Assembly: GCA_048013815.1 (NCBI GenBank)
Contig: CM106585.1
Coordinates: forward strand, 14,384,001-14,448,000
DNA from: Setoptus koraiensis
Taxonomy: Eukaryota; Animalia; Arthropoda
Direction of reading: 5' to 3'
DNA: 64,000 nucleotides
Part shown: piece after piece, positions 26,693 to 36,447 of the stretch
How positions within the stretch are numbered: position 1 is the first letter of the stretch
Layout: every line of letters begins with the position of its first letter
The notes under the pieces: model-generated
Told to the model about the DNA's origin: nothing
The model's input: only the letters and a program-made list of their open reading frames with translations
Databases searched by the model: none
Program-made: the position numbers and the translations under genes

Positions 26693-27057
26693 GTGAGTTC
26701 ACGCAATCACTTATACTACTAATTATAATGCTAATTTAATTTATTTTATATCCGCTCATATAACACGAATCAATCACAATACATGATACATTATTGATCA
26801 TTCCTGTTTGTTGCTCCATCGTTCGACCACTATTCGCCCAAATCCACCACACAGAGACCGTCCTGAATCGAAAGAGGAAACGAAAAAAGAGTTGCGACGC
26901 TGCAACAGCACCACCCAATCACATTAACAATGCGAATAATAGCAACAATATTAACAAAAGCACTAGGACAATCTCAAGCACGACAATATTGCCGTCAATC
27001 CATGATAATCTTACGTCACACTATCAATCACTATCAAGAAAAATTTTTAGACATAGA

Positions 27058-29700
27058 ATGAACTTCATCAAGTTGAATGTTATTTATTATTTTATTATGA
27101 CAGCACTAATATTATTAATATCGCCTCCACCTTCACCAAAATTCATACTATTTACAAATGTCAACCAATGCAATGAAACATCGCAACATCAGCAGCATCA
27201 TCAATCAAACTACTACCATTGGATTGCTTATTATTTTTTTAACAATCACAATCAACTTTTTACTGTTACTACAACAAATCTCAACAAAGTAGACGCAACA
27301 TTTAATTTTATCACTCAACAGCAACAGCCAACCAATAAAGATAGCCAAGCAGTGCAGTCATTGTCTTACGATCAATACAATAATCAGGATCAATTGTCTA
27401 GCAGTAGCAATAGTGAATTAACACAGCAACAACAACAGTATATTTTGCCAATAAATAGTCCATATTTTTCACCACCCGAGTCGGGCTCCGGCATGAACCC
27501 ACGCACCTATCAAAATAATATCTATTCTGGCGTATCACAATCAGCATATTCACCCCCATCTTCACAACAGTTCTCAACACCTGCATCATCGGCATCGGAT
27601 TCACTGATTACAGTCAAATGTGTAGATGGTAATGATCAAGATGATACCGATTGCAAGCAAGTTCCATCTTATTACAGCGAAGATAGTATAATTACACCAA
27701 TAGTGATATTCGAATCGTCAAGTTCCTCCTCTCCTTCGTCGGTGTTGCAATATTCAGGTTCCCGCGACGACAATATCATCAACACATCGACTTTATCTTC
27801 ATACACCAACCTGCCTCCATCTTCTTCGAAACCTTCGTTGATTCAAGATCCATTTCTTGTCAAAACATCGTTTGTGGCGACACCTAAACCATCGCACGAT
27901 AGCCATTATACGCAGTCTCACAGTAAAAACAAGAACGTGAACAACACAACCAACAATGCTGGACATCAATGTAAAGATGATGACGATGACGATTGTGATG
28001 ATTCCTCACCTGACGATAATTATACAGATGATGATGATGAAGACGATGATGAAAATGATGATTCTAATAATCAGACCAACCAGAACTCTATTGACAATGG
28101 CTCTGGTGCAAACAATGACTCTGATGATTATGGCGATGATGAGAATGGTGATCAAGACTACGACGATCAATCCTCAGGCGACTTGGATCTATCCTCAGTG
28201 ACCCCAATCTCAGTGGATCAACATCAGTCAACATCAGATGGAAGTGATCAACAATTAGGTGCCGCATATACTACCAATGTCAGCACTAAAGATGTAGACG
28301 AAGAAGCGTCCAGTTCGAAACCAACTTTCCAACCAGAACAAAAGGCGGAAATCGAGGTTATAATACATTCCACTCTTGCGCCAAGATTGACCATTGCCAC
28401 TACCACTCCACCGCCACGAAAATCCAGTTCCACTTATGAAAATCCCCAGACCGAAGACGATAATTCTATCACTTCGGAAACGACATATCAGAATAAATCT
28501 GTCTGGTCAACATCTGATAGTGGAAGCACGACTACGAAAGGACCTCAAAAAGCTGCCGTTCAGCCCAACGGAGTTGCTCCCATCAATCGAAAATACAATT
28601 CCGATTTTGGTAGTGGTGTCGAGCCCAATCTAGAAACAATTAAAAAAATAAATGAAAATCAAGATGACGACAAACCGTTTGTAAGTTACCCCACACTGCC
28701 ATCTATTTCACAGCAAGATAGTGCTGATGGTGATAACTCTCAAATGACTGATACCTCTCGCCAGGATGCAGTCACCTCTGAGGCTCCCCAGATTTACGCA
28801 ACATTCAAGCCTGTTCCAATGCCACCCAATGTAATCAATACTTACTTGAATAGATATTATGAAAATCAGCCACAATCATCACAACAGCAACAATCAGGGT
28901 CTATGCCTATGGACAGATCGGCACCAATAACAGGACTCGAATTGATGGGTCAATCCAAGTTATCTCAGAATAGAGCGCAATCAGTAACTTCGAGAGTAGT
29001 GCCTGCCCCTATCAATCAGCTACGTGGTGACAAAATGAAACAACCCAATCCAAATTCATTATTATACATCGCTTTGGGGAGTGTAATAATGATGTTGTTA
29101 GTTGTTGTCTCTCTATTGGTTTACAGTCTCTATTGCCGTCCAAAGTTAGGTGCTCGTCCTGGTATCGGAACTCAAATGGTTAACTCGAATTATCCCATTC
29201 CGAATACGTTTGGTTCATTCAACAAACTTGTTCCCCAACCTGTCGCAAAGAACCAGCCTGTTAATGATTATTATTCAGCCAACATGATTGTAAATACCAA
29301 AGGCACGGGTGCAACGAAAACATCAATAGCAACTTATAATGGCCGACAAGCCGCACCAACAAACAAAAAACAATATTCTGGTGATGATAGCTTCTCGACA
29401 AGCTACGAGTCGAGCAGATCGATGGACAACCTTAATGGAAACCCACAGTATAGAAGGGATGGAACTAATTATCAACAGTATAATACCATGAGACCTCAAC
29501 GAGAGGGTGTATATAATACAGCAGGGCAACAAGCTCCACCATTAGCCCCAAAACCACAACTTCAAGTCAGGCATCAAGTAGATTCTGCGGGTAGAGTCTA
29601 TAATGATTACAGTCAACAAGGCGTACTCATAAATGGACTCATGGTGAATAAAAAGAACGAAGGTGCAGACGGAAGAAAGTCTAGTGAGTGGTATGTCTGA
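27058..29700 (+). CDS. Type I single-pass membrane protein (880 aa) with neurexin-like acidic Cys-loops and a C-terminal EWYV PDZ-binding motif; no LNS domain
   Basis: Uninterrupted ORF with the first in-frame ATG at 27058, followed by a hydrophobic signal-like stretch (LNVIYYFIMTALILLIS). The ectodomain is S/T/D/N-rich and carries CVDGNDQDDTDC (27619-27654) and CKDDDDDDC (27970-27996). TM LLYIALGSVIMMLLVVVSLLVYSLYC at about 29059-29136. Ends ...RKSSEWYV*. AATAAA at 29713. That it is coding is secure; the family assignment is inference. Confidence 0.8.
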   Translation: MNFIKLNVIYYFIMTALILLISPPPSPKFILFTNVNQCNETSQHQQHHQSNYYHWIAYYFFNNHNQLFTVTTTNLNKVDATFNFITQQQQPTNKDSQAVQSLSYDQYNNQDQLSSSSNSELTQQQQQYILPINSPYFSPPESGSGMNPRTYQNNIYSGVSQSAYSPPSSQQFSTPASSASDSLITVKCVDGNDQDDTDCKQVPSYYSEDSIITPIVIFESSSSSSPSSVLQYSGSRDDNIINTSTLSSYTNLPPSSSKPSLIQDPFLVKTSFVATPKPSHDSHYTQSHSKNKNVNNTTNNAGHQCKDDDDDDCDDSSPDDNYTDDDDEDDDENDDSNNQTNQNSIDNGSGANNDSDDYGDDENGDQDYDDQSSGDLDLSSVTPISVDQHQSTSDGSDQQLGAAYTTNVSTKDVDEEASSSKPTFQPEQKAEIEVIIHSTLAPRLTIATTTPPPRKSSSTYENPQTEDDNSITSETTYQNKSVWSTSDSGSTTTKGPQKAAVQPNGVAPINRKYNSDFGSGVEPNLETIKKINENQDDDKPFVSYPTLPSISQQDSADGDNSQMTDTSRQDAVTSEAPQIYATFKPVPMPPNVINTYLNRYYENQPQSSQQQQSGSMPMDRSAPITGLELMGQSKLSQNRAQSVTSRVVPAPINQLRGDKMKQPNPNSLLYIALGSVIMMLLVVVSLLVYSLYCRPKLGARPGIGTQMVNSNYPIPNTFGSFNKLVPQPVAKNQPVNDYYSANMIVNTKGTGATKTSIATYNGRQAAPTNKKQYSGDDSFSTSYESSRSMDNLNGNPQYRRDGTNYQQYNTMRPQREGVYNTAGQQAPPLAPKPQLQVRHQVDSAGRVYNDYSQQGVLINGLMVNKKNEGADGRKSSEWYV

Positions 29701-29800
29701 CAGTTCATTTAAAATAAAAATTTAGTATTGTCACACAGAATAATTTATTTAAATTGTTAACAAATATAACTTATTGATATCAAAACATCATCATGTAGTC

Positions 29801-31150
29801 TCATACTTCTTCTTCCGGCGGCTGAGGAGGTGGGGGCGGTGGAGGTGCCATAGCCAAATTATAAAGATCATGATGAATCATGGAATTAGGGAGAGTTCCA
29901 GAAGGCACTGGTACCGGCATTGGCATGGGCATATGCATGTTGGGTAGCATAGGTAAATGAGACATGCCAGGTAGCATCGGAGGATAGGTAATAGGTGGTA
30001 TTGGCATGGGGGGCAGGTGAGGTGGCATTAAATGAGGCATGTGAGGAGGTGGAGGCATGTGATGTCGTGGTGCGGGCTTGTGTGAGTGAGTTGTTAATTC
30101 GCGATCTACTTTATCCTGTCTAAGCATAGGTGTTTGGATCGACTCGTTTTGCTTTACATTGTAACTAGAACTACCCTCAGATTTGGGTTTGTCAGAGGAA
30201 AGTTCGGCCATAAAAGATTTGTATTCTTCATCAATCTTGGACGTAGATGTGCTTGAACGTTTTGGCTCTTTACAATCCCTCGAAAGATGCCCGTAACCTC
30301 CACAATTTAAACAATTAATATTGTTGGTAATATTTTGCTTCTCTGGACATTGCCAATTTTTGTGAGCCTCTGATCCACAATTACTACATCTGAAACTGTC
30401 ACTCTCTCGTAAAGTACCATTTAATTGAGCTAATTCTCTCAGTTGAGTCCTGCGGAGATCGTTCTGGTTCTCAGGAACTTCAACACCCTGTCTAACAATT
30501 TCTTTTATTCTAGATACTGCTTTCTTCACTTGCTCTTGAGTGGTGCCTGTAACAAAAGCATGAAGTGGCTCGTCCTCTCCAGGCATCGGTTGACCGTCTT
30601 TGCGGCCGACTTTTCCCTCTTTTACAGATCCCTTTCCACGTATGATTATTTTCGCGCCGCACTCAGATTCGATTTTTTTCAATGTGTTTCCCCTTGGGCC
30701 AATAATGAGCCCCACAAAATTGATATCAGGGTACTCTTCCTGTGGTATCTGGACCTTTTCGCTCATTTTGATCTGAGGTGCTTTGTAATCGGTTGGTGGC
30801 TTATAGTTGGGATTGTCGTTGAGCATCTTTTGTATAAGATTGTGACGTTCTTCCTCAAGTTTTTTCCTAGCTCTGTATTCACGTGTATTCAGTCTTTTGC
30901 CCTCCATGTTGTAGACGGGTTCTGGCGAAGGTGATCTATCCTCTGGATTGGGCGGTATTTGAAAATCTGCCGAGCGTAATCTGCGTGTCAGCTCCTCGAT
31001 TTGTAACTGCAATAGGTACAATTTCTCCTGTTCTGGTGTCAAATTGTCAGGAAGAGCGGTTGGCATGCCCGGGATCACTACCTTGCTATCATCGTCGTGA
31101 GCCCAGCGGCTCTTTCGTTGCCTCTTTCTATCTCCACCTGGTTGGTGCAT
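29801..31150 (-). CDS. SF1: Splicing factor 1 / branch point binding protein (449 aa), intronless CDS
   Basis: ULM RKRQRKSRW, RSPSPEP phosphosite, KH-QUA2 (NFVGLIIGPRGNTLK..IIIRGKGSVKEGK), two CCHC zinc knuckles (CSNCGSEAHKNWQC, CLNCGGYGHLSRDC) and a Pro-rich tail. AATAAA on the minus strand at 29744-29749. Confidence 0.97.
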   Translation of the reverse strand: MHQPGGDRKRQRKSRWAHDDDSKVVIPGMPTALPDNLTPEQEKLYLLQLQIEELTRRLRSADFQIPPNPEDRSPSPEPVYNMEGKRLNTREYRARKKLEEERHNLIQKMLNDNPNYKPPTDYKAPQIKMSEKVQIPQEEYPDINFVGLIIGPRGNTLKKIESECGAKIIIRGKGSVKEGKVGRKDGQPMPGEDEPLHAFVTGTTQEQVKKAVSRIKEIVRQGVEVPENQNDLRRTQLRELAQLNGTLRESDSFRCSNCGSEAHKNWQCPEKQNITNNINCLNCGGYGHLSRDCKEPKRSSTSTSKIDEEYKSFMAELSSDKPKSEGSSSYNVKQNESIQTPMLRQDKVDRELTTHSHKPAPRHHMPPPPHMPHLMPPHLPPMPIPPITYPPMLPGMSHLPMLPNMHMPMPMPVPVPSGTLPNSMIHHDLYNLAMAPPPPPPPQPPEEEV

Positions 31151-32303
31151 GTCTGATGTTGTATGTAAAGTATGCTACAATTGGTCTCGTAAGTGGAAAT
31201 GTATTAATAATGAAATTATTACGGCTAAACACACACACACACACACTAGATGAATGTAATATTGTTGAGAAATTATTGGCCGATTTGTGACTTTTTAAAA
31301 CTGTGCTGTTTTATTTTCCACTCACAAGGCTAAATCGCTCCCTGAGCGTAAACGGCGTCCCCGTGAGCAACATCGATCCCATTAAACGCTACGGGCGACG
31401 GGAGTCGCTGTGCGACCATTTTTCATGCATTGTGCAGCCAGAGGCACAGTCACGCAACACCTGGTGTTGCACTAGTACACGCACACACAATTCGGCTGAC
31501 TGTATGCGAGTCTCCGGAGTAGAGTGCATGCACTTTTACGTGTAGCAGGGCCGAATGTGCAATTTGTGTTACAAACGTTCGATGCCCCCATTTTTTCCCC
31601 CGGGCACATTGATGAATGTGTGTGTTTGTGCAGTAGATACTCAATTTTTGTGCTCACAACTGTATGCAGAGATTGTACAGTGGAAGCCTGGGAATAAATG
31701 GAACATGCTTAGAGTGTGTGGCGTGTACAGGTTGTAAACCAAAAGTTGGGTGCCAACTCTATGATCACAATGTTGGATCACAATTTCCGTGTTTATTCTA
31801 ATGAGATAACAACACGATTCACTGAAACACTGTACGGTATAACAAATGATGATGTAATACATAAATACTCAATTGTGCCCTCAAGAGCGCGCCTCAATCG
31901 TCCCGAGAGAGCGCCAGAACTGAATACTGGTTGTCCCAATTGGGAGCTTTGTCTCACTTGCTCGGGAACAATGGACAACAATGAAAATGCAGAGCAAGAC
32001 GCACGCACTGAGATTCACCCATGAATATCCCGGTGGTTAGATAATCGAATGGCAATTATTGGCATTATCCTCAAATGTTGTGATATCTCAAGACGACTCA
32101 ATCATATGTTTGTCTTGTGAAGCTTCTGAGGGGCGACCTCTGGCGCAGGATCATAGTCCATCCTTTCGTGTTGGCAGCTTGCTCTGTTGCCTGTAAAACC
32201 AGCAGCAATTTTGGGTTCGTGGGGACCCCACACCTAGTTCAAGAAATTTCCGCCAGGGGCGCTGCTACCGGATCGAAGTTCTTGGAAAAAAAGTTCTTAC
32301 CAC

Positions 32304-32647
32304 TAGTGTGCGGGCAAAGAGGTTTTTGCCATGGCAAAAAGGGCGCAGCTCTGCGCCCGACTTTTTGCCAAAATGGCGAAAAGGGCGAAAAAGGCGAAAA
32401 AGGCGAAAACGGCGAAAAGGGCAGAAAGGGCAGCCTCCCCCCGGCACTTCTCCTCACCATTTTCACCCATTTCTCCCATACTCTCCCCTTCTCTCCCTCA
32501 CTGTCCTCCCCGCTCTCCCTGCCCTTTTCGCCCTTTTCGCCTTTATCGCCCTTTTTGCCATTCGGGCAGTTGCCAAAATGGCAAAAACTCTGCCATTTTG
32601 GCAAAAAGTCCGTACGTGTATGTGCTGCCTTTTCAGCCCGCACACTA
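32304..32647. mobile_element. hAT-type MITE, family 1 (344 bp)
   Basis: Perfect 12-bp TIR TAGTGTGCGGGC / GCCCGCACACTA. Perfect 8-bp TSD CTTACCAC at 32296-32303 and 32648-32655. Internal inverted GGCGAAAA / TTTTCGCC subterminal repeats. No transposase. Confidence 0.9.
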
Positions 32648-32960
32648 CTTACCACCGAAAAGATAGGCCAAAGAATACTCTTGCGAATATCCGCGGTCTT
32701 TTTTACGTCAACGGTAATCCGCATGAATCTGAGGATTACCCGGCTGATGATCTGACACATTGGTGATCTGTTGACGGTCTGGTCTGGCCAAAAATATCCA
32801 AACTGCAGTGGGTATCCCGGAAATCACGGATACCCTCTGCAGTCTAGTTCACGGATACATTCTATATTTGTCATGTGCGGGCGTGCCGATCTCTTGTCAG
32901 GCTGGGTCACCGGTGGGTTACCAGTGCAGACTGGTGTTGTTATCTAGGCGACAGCGGCTG

Positions 32961-33124
32961 GTCGCTATAAATAATTGGTGTTCTCACTGATCGGTAGAGG
33001 TACTTGTTGTCTAGGCGCTATAAATGATTATTATTTTCATTGATTGGTAGAGGTACGTCTGGGCGCTATAAATAATTATTATTTTCATTGATTGGTAGAG
33101 GTACGTCTGGGCGCTATAAATAAT
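32961..33124. repeat. 48-bp tandem repeat, about 3.3 copies, each with GCTATAAAT
   Basis: Units start at 33015, 33063 and 33111 (partial), with a degenerate copy at 32961. Confidence 0.85.
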
Positions 33125-33456
33125 TTGAGAAATGTTGACAAAATTGATGATGATGTTTACGGCGATGCTGGTGATGCCTGAATCGGGTTACATAAGCCTC
33201 ACATGTTGCATTATCTGAAGACGATCTCTTCATGTCTGTTCTGCATCGCTTTTGAGGGCGACCTCTGGTGCAAGATCATCACATGTACTGTAATTATGGG
33301 TCCGATATCCGCGCCCTCATTCCCTGTGACATGCTCACCACAGCTATGCACCGATATATACTACCTGGTATGACCTATTTACCTATTATACCCAACATGC
33401 ATGCAAATGCTAGAGGCCGCGGTTGGAATGCATTCTGGAGCTGTGTCGACTGGATA

Positions 33457-34190
33457 CATTGGAACAGGCTTGAATGTTGCGTAAGTTTGGGGAGCCTCAG
33501 AGCCAACAATTAGAGCCAAGGTGAGCGCATCCTGGCGAGAGGTATCGATCATTTGAGAGTTTTCACCACCAGCGATTTCCGCCTTTCGAGTTCTGGTTGG
33601 AAAGTTGGCTTCGATCTGGACCTTGGCCTGTCTTTCTACATGTTTAGAGCTGACGCTGGTGGCATATGTGTAGTTATATTCCAATAGTTATTCCAATAAC
33701 CGTCTGATATCTCGAGAATGTGGCGCGCGACATACTTTTTACTGTTACATAATAATGAGCTTTTCATTTTTGATTTTACACTCAATGAAGACTGTGCAAT
33801 CAAATCGAGATGTTATGTGATATGTCGCTCATCTCTACAATGTGATGGCGACTGGTGTCGACCCACAGAGATTGGGCTCACGGGGGACAGGTCCAAGCCG
33901 CCCAATGATTGATAGTCATAGTCTCTTACACCATCTTCATTGCTATAGTCATCAGAGTCATTGTTTGCACCAGAGCCATTGTCAATAGAGTTTTGCCATG
34001 TCTGATTGCTAGAATCTTCATTTTGATCATTGTATTCCTCACCATCATCTGTACAATCATCATCATCATCTGTGCAATCATCATCGTCAGGTGAGAAATC
34101 ATCACAATCGTCATCATCTCTACATTGATTTCCGGCATTGTTGGTTGACATTATGTTTTTTTGTTGTTTTATTGTGAGACTGCGTATAAT
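33457..34190 (-). pseudogene. Inverted, internally deleted partial copy of the neurexin-like gene
   Basis: Minus-strand translation TNNAGNQCRDDDDCDD..NQTWQNSIDNGSGANNDSDDY..GGLDLSPVSPISV matches TNNAGHQCKDDDDDDCDD..NQTNQNSIDNGSGANNDSDDY..GDLDLSSVTPISV. ENSQMIDTSRQDA..SEAPQTYATFKPVPM matches DNSQMTDTSRQDA..SEAPQIYATFKPVPM. It has an insertion, an approximately 370-bp deletion and frameshifts. Confidence 0.9.
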
Positions 34191-35060
34191 TTCTATTATG
34201 TCAGGGTACATAGATAGCAAGCTACATAGATCTTTATAATGTCAATGCCAGTGATTGTAATTGAAGCCACTGTAACAACATAAGTTCGCCCGATAAGAGT
34301 GGGCGGTTATTTACACATTCATGCCGACACGTGCTACGTAAACTTCATAAGAGAACGCGACAGATTTTATTTAACCCGATTGGTCATTCTAAAAGATCAA
34401 ACTCGCACCACTATCTCTATTAAGTCAATAGTGAAATCAATTGTATGGAAGACAAAGAGAAGCGATCGCATCCTCCGGATCTAGCGAATCAAGTCTGACG
34501 AATCTATAGTCGTAATATATATATATATATATATTTGAATTGAATTGAATTGAATTGAATGATTGCATGCGAATTACATTATCAGTGAATGGGAGTTTGA
34601 CGTCAGATCTGATTTTGACACATAAAGTAAAGTTTATTGCTCTGTCTCATCATGATGCCCTGAGCTCAAATCAAATGTCCAAAATAAATCCGATAGTCTC
34701 TGTTGTTTGTATATGTGTGTATGTGCATGTATATCTATGTAAACAAGCGATTTAATTCAATTCGATTGCTAGGTACCGCAGTTACTTTGCGATCAAATTA
34801 AATTCGATCCTCGCTATATTCTAGTCGTGCACACTAATCCTTTTATTTTAATATCCGTTCCTATTTTGAAACTGAAAGATTAGTCTAGAAGTTATACATC
34901 TACCTATAGAAGATATATTGACAAGCTATATGTTATGCAAAGACCTTCCATTATATTTATTGGCATTTCATTTGCATTTTCATTCATTTCAACTTCCGAT
35001 AGCGAAGCGAAAAAAAAAACAAAGTAAATTTGCATAACTTCATCTACCGTTGCAACTGAA

Positions 35061-35097
35061 TATAAATCAAGTTACTTTAACGGACAATCGTTCATTT
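35061..35097 (+). promoter_or_regulatory. Possible TATA + Inr core promoter of the NPF gene
   Basis: TATAAAT at 35061 and TCATTT at 35092-35097. Spacing is about 33 nt. Motif match only. Confidence 0.25.
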
Positions 35098-35264
35098 GAA
35101 TTTATCAACCAAAAAGTTGGAATCTGTTCCTGTGTAAAGAAATTACTCCAATTCTTCTTTGTGCTGCAACAAAAACTACAAATACTCAATACAACTAATA
35201 GCTAACCGACACTCCAGGTTCCTAGAGAATTATCAGCGAAGCCACAGTTACTCATCAAACAATT

Positions 35265-35653
35265 ATGAAGATCACCAACTACAAATCATTAAACTTATCC
35301 CTGTTAGTGACAATGTCAGCGTTGTTGATAGTTGTCGCTATACTACTCAATTGTCAAGAAATTTCGGGCGAATCCAGAGACGGCGAAGAGATAAATCTGC
35401 TGAGATTGTTCGAGTTGCTTGAAAAGGTGGATAAGCAATATGCTCACATAGCTAGACCTCGGTAAGTACTATATCCCTACTAAATAATCCCCATTAGCTA
35501 TTGTTACTTGGATGATTGTTTGAAGTATAACTGAAACAATTGCACGATCATCTTCGATTGGGTAACTCATTAAATAGGTTTGGACGAAGTGTCCAGTTTG
35601 ACGAAGGAAGATCTTACGACGCAGGATTGAATAGTGGCCGCAATCGACTATGA
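35265..35653 (+). CDS. NPF: Long neuropeptide F precursor (90 aa), two coding exons
   Basis: join(35265..35461,35578..35653). The 116-bp GTAAGT..AAATAG intron is in phase 2 inside the last Arg codon of RPRF. Signal peptide followed by ESRDGEEINLLRLFELLEKVDKQYAHIARPRF-G-R. The RPRFamide C-terminus and the intron position are diagnostic of the NPF/NPY family. Confidence 0.92.
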
Positions 35654-36447
35654 TCGCTTTACTTTTTATTTATTGGATTTGAAACAACTTACACCATGAA
35701 TGAATTCATACACAATCAATCTTCATCGATATGGAACAATCATTCCACACAGCGCCCACAGAACACAAAAGCCGACGCAACCAACTTTTGGCTCGATCAA
35801 CAAATAAATCGAGCTGCATCGAGACATTCAAAATCGCTAACTGTACAGTGAGAGAAGGGGAGAATATACAGACAAAATGATAAAAGTTAAATGAGAAAAC
35901 AAGTGCCGACCACTAATCGTGCATCAATTTTTGACCAAAATCATCCTGTCAACTGTCAAAAATCATGTTTGCCCAGCTCATAACGTATCAAGTAGGATGC
36001 ATCCTACCAAAAATGTTTTTCATCTAATCTACAAAACTTAAATGGAACAAATATCTCAGTGTTATAAAAACGACATAAAATATGGGTGTGGGTGTCTGAG
36101 TGTGTTTGCATAATATATCTATATGTATCGAAAGAAAAAAAAGATGAGAGATAAACAAAGAGCACGCTTGTCAGCGAAAGAGAGACAGAACTAGAGAGAG
36201 TTCAGCCATCATGAAATAATATGCAAATATGACATCAGTTATGCTAAAAAGCAACAATTATATGTAAGAAATATGAATAATCTCTAATTAAACAGTAACG
36301 AAAATCAATCTTAAAATAAACTCGTTGTTTCATCTTAACCTGACCCAATTTATTCGGTGCCTTCAGTTTCAGTGTGCCTCTCGCCGAAGTAAATCCGATC
36401 CATCACCTTCTGGGAACCTTCGGATAAACTTTTTATCAACCCTTGAG

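Noticed and set aside
26794-27057. N-terminal 88 codons of the 968-aa ORF
   Set aside because: It starts at a non-ATG codon. The first ATG (27058) is followed by a signal-like segment and preceded by a TTTTTAG acceptor.
30443-30934. 163-aa plus-strand ORF
   Set aside because: Antisense shadow of the SF1 KH domain.
31716-32024. 102-aa ORF upstream of SF1
   Set aside because: Non-ATG start and no recognisable homology. It may be part of the decayed relics but cannot be supported as a gene.
32117-32766. Several 110-210 aa ORFs on both strands
   Set aside because: They are open only because they cross the stop-poor repetitive MITE interior.
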